DNA of 43,893 bases. It comes from a virus (taxonomy: Duplodnaviria; Caudoviricetes). The notes beneath the pieces were generated by a model, which saw only the letters and a list, made by a program, of their open reading frames with translations, was not told the origin of the DNA and made no database searches. The stretch lies in IMG/VR virus record IMGVR_UViG_3300010047_000003, positions 1 through 43,893 of that record, one strand, 5' to 3'. Each line of letters begins with the position of its first letter. Positions within the stretch are counted from its first letter, which is position 1. Made by a program: the position numbers and the translations under genes. Below are positions 16,800-25,088 of this stretch, piece after piece.

Positions 16800-17534
16800 A
16801 TGACTGAAACCATAATCAAAACCCCACAAAACGAAGTAGGCGAAAAGCCTGTTGTTCCTTATCGGCCCGAGGGGGCATTAGCCGGTTTGCACGGTGAATT
16901 CACAGCCGATGATATTCAGGTTCCTTTCCTGCGCATCATTCAGGCTGTCGGCAAAAGTGCGGCCGATCATCCCAAAAATCATGGCGATCTGCTCTATGGC
17001 TCCGATACGCTGATTCCCAAGCCGGCTTCTCTCTTGATCTACGGCGTCAGCAAAAGTTATGTCCAGAATACTCCGTTTGATGCCAATTCCGCGGAAAGGC
17101 CGCGGACTTTTCGCACCATTGAAGAAGTTGAAGCGGCGGGTGGCAATACAGACCGATTCGTAAGAGCAGAAGAAGACTCTAACAATTATGTGCCGCAAGC
17201 CATGGCCACGGTGATTTTGGAAGCGCCTCAAGGTCCCAGAGGATGGGCGGCCAAAGTTGATGCGGTGGTGAAATATGAAGAGGGCAAAAAACTTCTGGCA
17301 CCGGCATACTGGGCATTGAGAGGCACTACTTACCGTATCGTTGTGCCGATGTTGCGAACAATCGCCAGTGTTCTGGAAAGGGAAGGCAAAGAACTTTGTC
17401 ATGCCCGTTTCACGCTTGACACAAAGCTTACCGCGGTCGGGGGCAATTGGATTCATACGCCTATTCTCAAAAGACAGGATGAGCAAAATTCCGACGAGTT
17501 TGTCGCTTTCTGCCACCAGATCTTTGGAGAATAG
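16800..17534 (+). CDS. putative single-stranded DNA-binding or annealing protein
   Basis: GEFTADDIQVPFLRIIQAVG N-terminus; lies between the nuclease and the polymerase. Confidence 0.5.
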   Translation: MTETIIKTPQNEVGEKPVVPYRPEGALAGLHGEFTADDIQVPFLRIIQAVGKSAADHPKNHGDLLYGSDTLIPKPASLLIYGVSKSYVQNTPFDANSAERPRTFRTIEEVEAAGGNTDRFVRAEEDSNNYVPQAMATVILEAPQGPRGWAAKVDAVVKYEEGKKLLAPAYWALRGTTYRIVVPMLRTIASVLEREGKELCHARFTLDTKLTAVGGNWIHTPILKRQDEQNSDEFVAFCHQIFGE

Positions 17535-17536
17535 AA

Positions 17537-19282
17537 ATGGTCTGCGCCTTTGACTTTGAGTGCGAGTATTCCGATTCCATCAATGTTAAGGTCCAAGGCA
17601 ACCAGAATTACGCGAGGCTTACCAAAGTATTCCTGGTAAGCCTCTTTTCTCCGGAACTGGGTATCGAATATGTGGGTCCTCCGGAACTGGCGCCCTGGCC
17701 AACCAACGGGGTAGCGATGGTGGCCCACAATGTGGGCTTTGATTCGGCTGTTTATAAGGCCTGCCAGGCAAAAGGGGATTTGCCGAACGATCTAAATCCA
17801 CTTTTTGTCTGTTCCGCGGATCTTTCAGCTTACATGCTTTTGGGGCGCAATCTTAAAGACGTTGTGAAGGCTGCCTATAATGTCGAGCTTTCCAAATCCA
17901 TCCGTAACCGGGCCAAAAACAAAGGGTGGCCACAAGATTTCAAGCCGGCGCAGCAGGAGGATTTCAAGCGTTATTGCCTAGAGGATGCAAAATACTCTTA
18001 TCGCTTGTGGAAGGATTTTTCTGCAGAGTGGCCGGAGAACGAACGTCGATTTGCCGAAATCATTCGTGTTCGTGCCAATGAAGGAGTTGCCATTGACCAG
18101 GGGGCTGTCGCCCAAGGGGTTGAGCGACTGAGTTATCTTCGTGAACTGGCCGAGCGCAAAATTCCATGGGCTGGCAACGGGGGAACGGTGTTGTCCATGG
18201 CCAGGGTCCGAGAATATTGTGTGCTCGAACAGATTCCTCCGCCGGCGTCATTGGCCGAGGATTCGATTGAATGCACGCAATGGGAGCAACGCTTCGGCGA
18301 CAAGTATCCCTTGATCGGATTTCTGCGGGCCTGGCGTAAAGCCAACATGTATCTGCGCAAGTTGGAGCTCATGCAATCCAAGCTGATGCCTAACGGTCGG
18401 ATGTGTTTCGGGCTCAAATACTACGGCGCCGAAGCTACCGGCCGGCTTTCGGGAGAAGGAGGCTGGAACATTCAGAATTTGCCGCGTGTTCCTTACGAAG
18501 AGGTTGATGTTCGCAAGCTTCTTATCCCGGAGCCGGGGAAGAAGTTTGTGATTGCTGATTTCGCTGCTATTGAGCCGCGCGTTACCTGCTGGATTACAGA
18601 CAGTCCCTTGCTTGGCAACCTGCGGACAGGTCATAATTTGTACGAGGCTGACGCGCGGCTCAGTGGTAGCTGGAATGGAGAGCCTGGCACGTTGAAGAAA
18701 ACTGATCCTAATTTGTATCAGCTACAAAAAGCTCAGACTCTTGGTATTAGCTACGGTATGGGCAGCCACAGGTTAAAAGAAGCGGCTCGAGTGCAGTTGT
18801 CATTGGATCTGGATTTGAGCCAGTGCGCCAAGATCATTGACCGGTGGCATGTGCGGAATCCCGGGGTGCGTAAAAAGTGGAAACAACTTGAACGCGACTT
18901 TCGGGACTCGACTGTCAAAAAGGAAACCTATTCGATTACTCTCCCCTCAGGCCGGAAGCTGCGCTATTTCAACCCTGAGCATACAGGAGACAAGATCGTC
19001 GCTTCTCCGACACAGGGTCCACGACGAAAATTTTATTGGGGTGGCGCTGTTTTTGAAAATGTCGTTCAAGCGATCGCCCGTGACGTTTTGCGTGATGCAG
19101 TGCTTCGGATCGAAGCGGCTGGCATTCCCGTGATTTTTACCGCACACGACGAGGTCGTTTGTGAGGTGCCCTTGGATTTTAACGAAACTGAAATTAAACA
19201 TTTGATGCTTGTTCCCCCGGATTGGGCTCGTGATTTGCCGTTGGGGGTCGAAGTTATCTCCAGCCAGAACTATCTCAAATGA
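17537..19282 (+). CDS. polA: family A DNA polymerase with 3'-5' exonuclease
   Basis: DFECE, AHNVGFD, YCLEDA, TGRLSG, NIQNLPR, DFAAIEPRV, KAQTLGISYG and AHDEVV motifs. Confidence 0.95.
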   Translation: MVCAFDFECEYSDSINVKVQGNQNYARLTKVFLVSLFSPELGIEYVGPPELAPWPTNGVAMVAHNVGFDSAVYKACQAKGDLPNDLNPLFVCSADLSAYMLLGRNLKDVVKAAYNVELSKSIRNRAKNKGWPQDFKPAQQEDFKRYCLEDAKYSYRLWKDFSAEWPENERRFAEIIRVRANEGVAIDQGAVAQGVERLSYLRELAERKIPWAGNGGTVLSMARVREYCVLEQIPPPASLAEDSIECTQWEQRFGDKYPLIGFLRAWRKANMYLRKLELMQSKLMPNGRMCFGLKYYGAEATGRLSGEGGWNIQNLPRVPYEEVDVRKLLIPEPGKKFVIADFAAIEPRVTCWITDSPLLGNLRTGHNLYEADARLSGSWNGEPGTLKKTDPNLYQLQKAQTLGISYGMGSHRLKEAARVQLSLDLDLSQCAKIIDRWHVRNPGVRKKWKQLERDFRDSTVKKETYSITLPSGRKLRYFNPEHTGDKIVASPTQGPRRKFYWGGAVFENVVQAIARDVLRDAVLRIEAAGIPVIFTAHDEVVCEVPLDFNETEIKHLMLVPPDWARDLPLGVEVISSQNYLK

Positions 19283-20196
19283 CCCTCGAGGAGAAGCGAG
19301 CTATTGCCGAGCAATATCTGGGCAAAGTCGATTGGGAAACTGACGCTCAAGGTTACTGCGAATGTCCCGGCCGCGCCAAGCACACAACGACGAATCGCGA
19401 TCATGACGCGCGGATTTATATCGACGGGGTGCCGACCATTTTTTGCTTTCATCACAGTTGTCAGACTGAAGAGATTCCCAAGTATAACTATGCTCTGCGC
19501 AAGATGATGACGGAGGTTTCCGAAAAGAGAGATCTGGGGTACAAAAAAGAGCAGCAAAAACGAAAAGCCGAATGGGTGGAAGCTATCGAATTGGCTAACG
19601 ATACGAAAGCCACATTTGACAAATTGCTTCCTTCATATTGGCGAGGTCCTGAATTGTTAGAAAGCCGGCTGAGTCCAGTTGAATCAAGAACCGCGTTTTT
19701 CAATCTTTTTCAGGAAACTGACATTCTCTGGATCGGCGAAGTATTTCATTCCGGTTATCCGAATGGGCGAAATCATTTCCGCGTCAGAGAAGTCTGGGAG
19801 CAAGCTGGACGGTATTGGCCTTTCACCTGTACAGGAGTATTTCCCTCTGATAACAACCTTTACCGATCAGCTAAAAATGTAATCAGGCAGGACTATTATA
19901 TACTGGAATTTGACCACCTTGATCCGGACCCTTTACGGAACCAATTGAAGAGCGCGGCGCTCTTCTTTTTTCTGGCTGAAACTTATAAATTGCACGGAAA
20001 ATTAGTGGTCGATACGGGTAACAAAAGCCTCCATTTCTGGGTGTTAGCTGATTCGGAGATTTTTACTAGTCAGTTCTTCATTTTTTTGAAAGCATTGGGG
20101 GCTGACGGAGCGGGATGGAAGAAGGCGCAGCCGGTGCGTTTTCCAGGAATTTTGCGCAAGGAAACAGGACGACAACAAGCAGCAATTATTTTATGA
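19279..20196 (+). CDS. primase (Zn-binding N-terminus plus AEP/RepB-like catalytic domain)
   Basis: CECPG..H..CFHHSC; LEFD, VDTGNKSLHFW and RFPG motifs. Confidence 0.75.
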   Translation: MTLEEKRAIAEQYLGKVDWETDAQGYCECPGRAKHTTTNRDHDARIYIDGVPTIFCFHHSCQTEEIPKYNYALRKMMTEVSEKRDLGYKKEQQKRKAEWVEAIELANDTKATFDKLLPSYWRGPELLESRLSPVESRTAFFNLFQETDILWIGEVFHSGYPNGRNHFRVREVWEQAGRYWPFTCTGVFPSDNNLYRSAKNVIRQDYYILEFDHLDPDPLRNQLKSAALFFFLAETYKLHGKLVVDTGNKSLHFWVLADSEIFTSQFFIFLKALGADGAGWKKAQPVRFPGILRKETGRQQAAIIL

Positions 20197-21494
20197 ACAT
20201 CGAAGCCGGCCGACAAGCGTTACATCAGATTCACATCAACACTGAGGGTCCAAATCTGGGTCTTTGGTACATCAACTTAACGGGAAAATTTATCCATTTT
20301 CCTTCTGGCATGCTCCTCAACGATGCTGCTTGTGACAATTATTTACGCGAGCGTGGCTACAATTTTAAAAAAGAGAATAAGTCTATTTCCGACGGACAGG
20401 CAAAAAAGATGGAGATCCGTCGTGATTATCGGCCGGATGGGATTGTTCAATCTAGTTGCTGGTTATCAACGGGTATCAATCGTTTGGACGACGGGCGAAC
20501 TATTCTAGTTTTAAAAACACTTTCGAAAATATGCCCGGACCCAGGCCAATGTCCGAGAATCACAGAACTACTCCACGAAGCCTTTGGTGATGAGCGTGAG
20601 CGTCACCTTTTTATGGGCTGGTTAAGCCTAGCCATTAGAGGTTTTTATGATGATAAACAGTTTCGTAAACCAGGGCAAATTTTAGTACTAGTTGGAGATT
20701 CTGGTTGTGACGCTATCCAGGCCATCATTGCCGGTGTACTTGGTGAGAAAAAGGTCAATCCTTTCCAATACTCTTTGGAAAAAGGCCAATTGCCCCTAGA
20801 ACTTTTTGAAGCGTGCTCGTGGGCTATTGATGGGGGTTCCATCTTCCGCGGAAACCAGATGGAAAGAAGCCGTTTCAGCCACTTCATCGTCTATTGCCTT
20901 AGGGACGAGACAGAGTACAAAAGCAAATTCTCCGGTTCTTTTCGTCTGCCTTTGTTCGTGCGCGGGAATGTCGCTTTCGAATGGCATGTACGGTGTGTGC
21001 GTCCCCTGGCCGATTACATTTTTGAGCCTCACGAGGAACTGATTGTGCTCCGTTGTGGACTAAGCGGTCTGCCGCAAGAGGAAAGCTACGTTGGGAAGAT
21101 CAAGGAGGAGTTGCCGGCTTTCATTTGGTACCTGCTGAATGAATACCAAATTCCCGGAGAACTGGTGGCTCCGAGATTTGGGATTGCCGGCTATTTCGCG
21201 AAGGACGTAAAGAATCTCTGTTTTGTCGGAACCGTCGAATACGAGATCTGTATCGCTCTGCAGAAGATTGCTCCCGACAAGAAGGAATTGGAAGAAGCCG
21301 ATATGCCTGGGGAACTCGAGTTCGCCGGCATGACTCGCACTCAAATGGCCAGGATCGTACGGGAGAAACCGTTCTCGGTTATTATGGAGTGCCTAGCTGA
21401 AAAATTTCCTGATTGTTTCACACTCAAAACCGCAAAGAACCGGCGTATCTGGAAGTTGAACTTCAAGCATTTCGACGCGGAGACGCCTTTTTAA
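20193..21494 (+). CDS. SF3/D5-like helicase homologue with degenerate Walker A
   Basis: FMGWLS..KPGQILVLVGDSGCDAIQ and ELPAFIWYLL..RFG; follows the primase with ATGA overlap; GK[ST] absent. Confidence 0.65.
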   Translation: MNIEAGRQALHQIHINTEGPNLGLWYINLTGKFIHFPSGMLLNDAACDNYLRERGYNFKKENKSISDGQAKKMEIRRDYRPDGIVQSSCWLSTGINRLDDGRTILVLKTLSKICPDPGQCPRITELLHEAFGDERERHLFMGWLSLAIRGFYDDKQFRKPGQILVLVGDSGCDAIQAIIAGVLGEKKVNPFQYSLEKGQLPLELFEACSWAIDGGSIFRGNQMERSRFSHFIVYCLRDETEYKSKFSGSFRLPLFVRGNVAFEWHVRCVRPLADYIFEPHEELIVLRCGLSGLPQEESYVGKIKEELPAFIWYLLNEYQIPGELVAPRFGIAGYFAKDVKNLCFVGTVEYEICIALQKIAPDKKELEEADMPGELEFAGMTRTQMARIVREKPFSVIMECLAEKFPDCFTLKTAKNRRIWKLNFKHFDAETPF

Positions 21495-21499
21495 TCCCT

Positions 21500-21742
21500 A
21501 TGCATACTCACTCTATTCGAGATTTGGAATCAATCGATGGCTCAACCTTGATTGGACGTAGCGAACTGCGGGATTGTCTCCTGCACAATTTCGGAGTCTC
21601 AACGGAACTCGCGGATTGGGTCATCCATCTGGTGGAAGAAAACAACAATCGAGTAGCGGAATTTATCGAGCGAATCAAAACAACGGAAACAAGAGAAGTA
21701 GAAATCGAACAGACAGAAATAGCAAAGGAACAAAGAAAATGA
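21500..21742 (+). CDS. hypothetical protein
   Basis: 80 aa; stop overlaps the next start. Confidence 0.6.
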   Translation: MHTHSIRDLESIDGSTLIGRSELRDCLLHNFGVSTELADWVIHLVEENNNRVAEFIERIKTTETREVEIEQTEIAKEQRK

Positions 21743-21924
21743 TTACTGATACCCTTGAAATAGAACTGTTTATGCTGGGAGTCCTGATCTTGATCCTGGT
21801 TGCGGTTGTTCTTTATATGATCGCTATGATGGGCCGGGTTGAGATGACACTTCATCGGGTACAACGAATGATGCAACCCGGGGTCCCGCGCGACATGAAC
21901 GGGAAACGGCTGCATATCCGATGA
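21739..21924 (+). CDS. small single-TM membrane protein
   Basis: LFMLGVLILILVAVVLYMIAMM; AAAGGA upstream; ATGA overlaps. Confidence 0.65.
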   Translation: MITDTLEIELFMLGVLILILVAVVLYMIAMMGRVEMTLHRVQRMMQPGVPRDMNGKRLHIR

Positions 21925-22121
21925 CTATAGATCTATCGAGCGAGGAAGTAAGATATCTTCTGGACAGTCTCGTAATGGCTCGCGAGTACTACCGCTTACT
22001 GGCAACATCCAGTAAAGCGCAAACAGGAAACATCCAGAGATACAGACTCGTTGAGAGTCTGGGCAAAAAGCTAGAAGGCACTAGGGTTTCTTTTTCCGAC
22101 TTGGAGAAGGTTTCTCGCTAG
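21921..22121 (+). CDS. hypothetical protein
   Basis: 66 aa; ATGA coupling. Confidence 0.6.
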   Translation: MTIDLSSEEVRYLLDSLVMAREYYRLLATSSKAQTGNIQRYRLVESLGKKLEGTRVSFSDLEKVSR

Positions 22122-22350
22122 GTTTCTGTTTTTGGATTTCCAATCGGGGCGGCCACTTGATCAGTTGGTCTCCTTCGAGAATCTGGTGAAGGTTTTGCAG
22201 GCAAAGCCGATGAAAAAGTGCGGCCGTAATTTTCGCACCCACTTGGGATCTGAGCATAGAATTCAGTTTCGGGATATCGATGTCCGAATTTCGCTTGTCG
22301 TCTTGCGACATGGTGACAGTGATTTTCACAGTTATCTTTTTATCGGGCAT
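22081..22350 (-). CDS. RHH-like protein, paralogue of 23118-23381
   Basis: KITVKITVTMSQDD strand; C-terminal LCLQNLHQILEGDQLIKWPPRLEI. Confidence 0.55.
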   Translation of the reverse strand: MPDKKITVKITVTMSQDDKRNSDIDIPKLNSMLRSQVGAKITAALFHRLCLQNLHQILEGDQLIKWPPRLEIQKQKPSEKPSPSRKKKP

Positions 22351-22521
22351 GTAAGGTATACCACTACAGCATGACATTGTCCATCAAAAGTATAAAATGT
22401 TCTAGACATTATATGGAACATGTACGGAACTTTTTCTTGCCATCATGAGTATAAAGGTTGTACTTAAGAACTATAGGGATTGTACTTAGGGAGAGTCGTC
22501 GAAATCTCTACGGAGGACGAC

Positions 22522-22728
22522 ATGAGTATCGAATGCGAAAACCACTGGCGGGATGTGGAGACTCTAGCTGAAAAGCTTTATGTCCAATCGGATACACAAC
22601 GGGAGCCCAAGGCAGTATTCCGCCTTGCACAGAAATTCATCGAATATCGCGATCTGGAACGTCAAAAAAGAGCTGAAACCGCTGAGAACAAAAATCAAAA
22701 ATTAAAACGAAGCGTTCTTAAGAAGTAA
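22522..22728 (+). CDS. hypothetical protein
   Basis: 68 aa; GGAGGA upstream of ATG. Confidence 0.7.
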   Translation: MSIECENHWRDVETLAEKLYVQSDTQREPKAVFRLAQKFIEYRDLERQKRAETAENKNQKLKRSVLKK

Positions 22729-22917
22729 ATGCAACCACTGTGGCTTTGTTCCTGCGGGTCCGGACAGGAGCGATGGGCGGAGTATGATGCCCGCGGGATC
22801 TTTCTTGATTACGTCTGCGAAACGTGTCGGGCGGAGAAGCTTTCCAAGTTCCGACCCGACGTCCTGACAGACCCGGATTATTGGCACAATGAACCGCTCG
22901 AAGAAGAAGAAGAATGA
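22729..22917 (+). CDS. small Zn-ribbon-like protein
   Basis: CSCGSG..YDARGI..VCETC; acidic tail. Confidence 0.75.
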   Translation: MQPLWLCSCGSGQERWAEYDARGIFLDYVCETCRAEKLSKFRPDVLTDPDYWHNEPLEEEEE

Positions 22918-22932
22918 ATTAATGGAGGGACG

Positions 22933-23121
22933 ATGCAAAAGAAGCTGGAGAGGTTTGAAAGCGCGGTAATGGAATTGATCTGGGCTTTGGAAGGGTTGCC
23001 AGCTGACCCCGGGCTTTTGGCAATAGAGGAACGACTGCTGGGACTTTTGGAAATGGCCTTGGATCGGCGAGCATTAGAGCACGCGAAGATGCGAGGGGTA
23101 AATTGTGAACCAACTGAATGA
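22933..23121 (+). CDS. hypothetical protein
   Basis: 62 aa; GGAGG upstream. Confidence 0.65.
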   Translation: MQKKLERFESAVMELIWALEGLPADPGLLAIEERLLGLLEMALDRRALEHAKMRGVNCEPTE

Positions 23122-23381
23122 AAACCTCTTCAATCCGCCAACCTAATTCGCAGCGAAGAGTGTCAACAGGATCATTAAAACTGTCACCGCAAGAGCATGA
23201 GGAATTCCGAGCAGCAATCGAAGCTTACGATTTTCAACAAGCGACCACATTTCTGCAACTCTGTGTAAAGATGATCATTAAGCACCATAAGGCGGGCGAT
23301 CAGATACGTTGGCCGATAGCGTTACAGCTCGCTAAATCAGACAACTCAAAGAATGTCGCGGCGAGGGACCGCACAGGATAG
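23118..23381 (+). CDS. RHH-like protein, paralogue of 22081-22350
   Basis: TGSLKLSPQEHEEFRAAIEAY..LCVKMIIKHHKAGDQIRWPIALQL. Confidence 0.6.
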   Translation: MKTSSIRQPNSQRRVSTGSLKLSPQEHEEFRAAIEAYDFQQATTFLQLCVKMIIKHHKAGDQIRWPIALQLAKSDNSKNVAARDRTG

Positions 23382-23497
23382 ATGCTCAGTTGACGAACTG
23401 GGGACAAGAGACCCATTGCGCACAGAGGTCCATTCATTTGTCCGGAAGCTACCGGTAACGTACCGGTAGCATCCCTCAGATTAGCTCGTAGGGCATC
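23381..23497. ncRNA. candidate multi-stem structured RNA or terminator between convergent genes
   Basis: Stems CAGTT/AACTG, GGACAA/TTGTCC with inner GACC/GGTC, perfect GCTACCGGTA/TACCGGTAGC, closed by GATGC/GCATC. Confidence 0.35.
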
Positions 23498-24551
23498 AAG
23501 CACTCAACACGTTGATCTGGTCATTGTAGCTTTCCAGGTAGCCATAAGATCGCTCAACGACATCGACGCGGTCTCCCAGCCATTTAGCTACTGAGTAGAT
23601 CGGTATTCCGCGGCTGACCAGGTTGGAGGCAAACGATCGGCGCATATCATGAGTCGAGCTTTTGATTTCGCATTTGGCCATATGGGTTAGAAAACTTTTT
23701 CGGAACTCCACCCGATACTTTGCCGCTCCCCTCGTTTTCTCGGGCCGCAATGCGTAATTGGTCGGGAGCTGATCTTTTAGATAAACCGAAAGAAAGCTCG
23801 CGAACTCCGAAGTGAGGGGGACAGTGCGGTTATCGGAGTCTTTAAGCATAAAGCCGGCAGCTGGATCATTTTGGATGTGAACCACTGGCTTGGGACCTAA
23901 TTCGAACCAGCCGACTTTGGTTGCGCAAATTTCGGCTTTACGCATGCCTGTATGAAATCCACAGTAAAGAACGAACTTGAGGTCCGGGTCGGTAGCTTCT
24001 GAAATCGCCCAATTCGCTTGCGCCATCCGGACCCAGTTCCTTCGTCCTTTCTTGCTCATTTTCGGCCGTTTGAAATTTGCTAGCGTATCAAAGGGAATCA
24101 GTCTTTCCGCAGCCAGCCATCTTGAAAACGCGCAAACATCCCGGGCGTAGGTAAAGAGCGTGTCCTGGGCTTTCCCTAATTCCTTCAAGGAAGCAATCCA
24201 AGCAGTGAGATTCTTCGCATTCACATCACCGGCGTACTGAAGCTTCTGGCTGCGAGCGAAACGATCGAGATTCCCTCGAACGCCGGCCGCGGTGAGTTTA
24301 CGCATTGGCTTATCTTCCCGGGCCTGCGCGGCTTTCAAGTAACGCTCGATCACCACGTGCAGCTCGTCCTTCGGACGAAAGATTTCCGGTTTGACGGATA
24401 GAGTGAGAGTGCCACCCTGAAATGCGCGAACACGTTGAATTGCTTCGACTTCGTCTGAAGTGCGAAGGGGGAGAAAATGACGCTTACCGAGTTCATCGGA
24501 ATAGCGATACCACCAGTTGGCGGAATCTTTGTATTTGTAGAGACCTTTCAT
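23496..24551 (-). CDS. int: tyrosine recombinase / phage integrase
   Basis: N-terminal arm-binding-like WWYRYSDELGKR; HTGMRKAEI, HDMRRSFAS, WLGD and SYGY catalytic motifs. Confidence 0.95.
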   Translation of the reverse strand: MKGLYKYKDSANWWYRYSDELGKRHFLPLRTSDEVEAIQRVRAFQGGTLTLSVKPEIFRPKDELHVVIERYLKAAQAREDKPMRKLTAAGVRGNLDRFARSQKLQYAGDVNAKNLTAWIASLKELGKAQDTLFTYARDVCAFSRWLAAERLIPFDTLANFKRPKMSKKGRRNWVRMAQANWAISEATDPDLKFVLYCGFHTGMRKAEICATKVGWFELGPKPVVHIQNDPAAGFMLKDSDNRTVPLTSEFASFLSVYLKDQLPTNYALRPEKTRGAAKYRVEFRKSFLTHMAKCEIKSSTHDMRRSFASNLVSRGIPIYSVAKWLGDRVDVVERSYGYLESYNDQINVLSA

Positions 24552-24557
24552 TTTGAT

Positions 24558-24893
24558 TTTGATAGAGTTTTTCGGGCTTCAAGTAAGTGCCCTGCCAAAA
24601 TATACGGCAGAACTCTATCAAAATAAAGCCTATTTCGTCTATTACCTTTATTTTTGCATACACTACTATGCAGTGCATCGTGTGAGCTTGCTTCTGTAAG
24701 TTATTGAATATGAGCTATTACCGCTATTACTCCAAAGGCGAAAAGACAAAAAAAGGGAGCGGGCGAGGAGATTCGAACTCCCGACTCCTTCCTTGGCAAG
24801 GAAGTCCGTGTTCCACGTAGAACAAGTCTCAGAGCGAGTTGACGGGGGGACTCTATCAAAAACACTCTATCGAGTCACAAAAACTCTATCAAA
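24558..24893. mobile_element. attP region with five integrase arm-type boxes and an IHF-like site
   Basis: CTCTATC boxes at about 24560 (inverted), 24613, 24851, 24865 and 24884; TAAGTTATTGAAT at 24697; tRNA core in the middle. Confidence 0.85.
24756..24805 (-). tRNA. 3' half of tRNA-Gly(GCC), attP core (partial, not a functional tRNA gene)
   Basis: Minus strand reads CTTCC TTGCCAA GGAAG GAGTC GGGAG TTCGAAT CTCCT CGCCCGC T CC; no D arm or 5' acceptor strand. Confidence 0.9.
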
Positions 24894-24920
24894 TCACACA
24901 GGCCAGACGATAATCACTTT

Positions 24921-25088
24921 ATGGCCGAAACCAATAACCCGCCAACGAATCCGGCAACAGCAGAACCACGTGGCGGAGGATATACGGGCCGACGTGTCAT
25001 GTATGCCCCCTGGTGGCCCAGGTATCAGCTGCGCGACGGGAAACGGCCACGCCCGGCATCCCCGCCGGCTAAACCAACTTATCCTTAG
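24921..25088 (+). CDS. possible 55-aa Pro/Arg-rich peptide
   Basis: MAETNNPPTNPATAEPRGGGYTGRRVMYAPWWPRYQLRDGKRPRPASPPAKPTYP fills the gap between attP and the FN3 gene. Confidence 0.25.
   Translation: MAETNNPPTNPATAEPRGGGYTGRRVMYAPWWPRYQLRDGKRPRPASPPAKPTYP

Noticed and set aside
15876-17516. Long minus-strand ORFs (234 and 212 aa)
   Set aside because: Antisense to well-supported replication genes
23466-23472. GTAGCAT as partner overlap for the second att-like site
   Set aside because: Lacks CTTCC/GGAAG flanks and arm boxes; a 7-mer match is expected by chance
23381-23497. Hammerhead ribozyme or tRNA
   Set aside because: TTGACGA and GGAAG only loosely resemble CUGANGA and GAAA, stem I cannot form, and there is no T-loop
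24756-24830. Complete tRNA-Gly gene
   Set aside because: No D arm or GCGGGCG 5' acceptor strand upstream; only the att fragment is present
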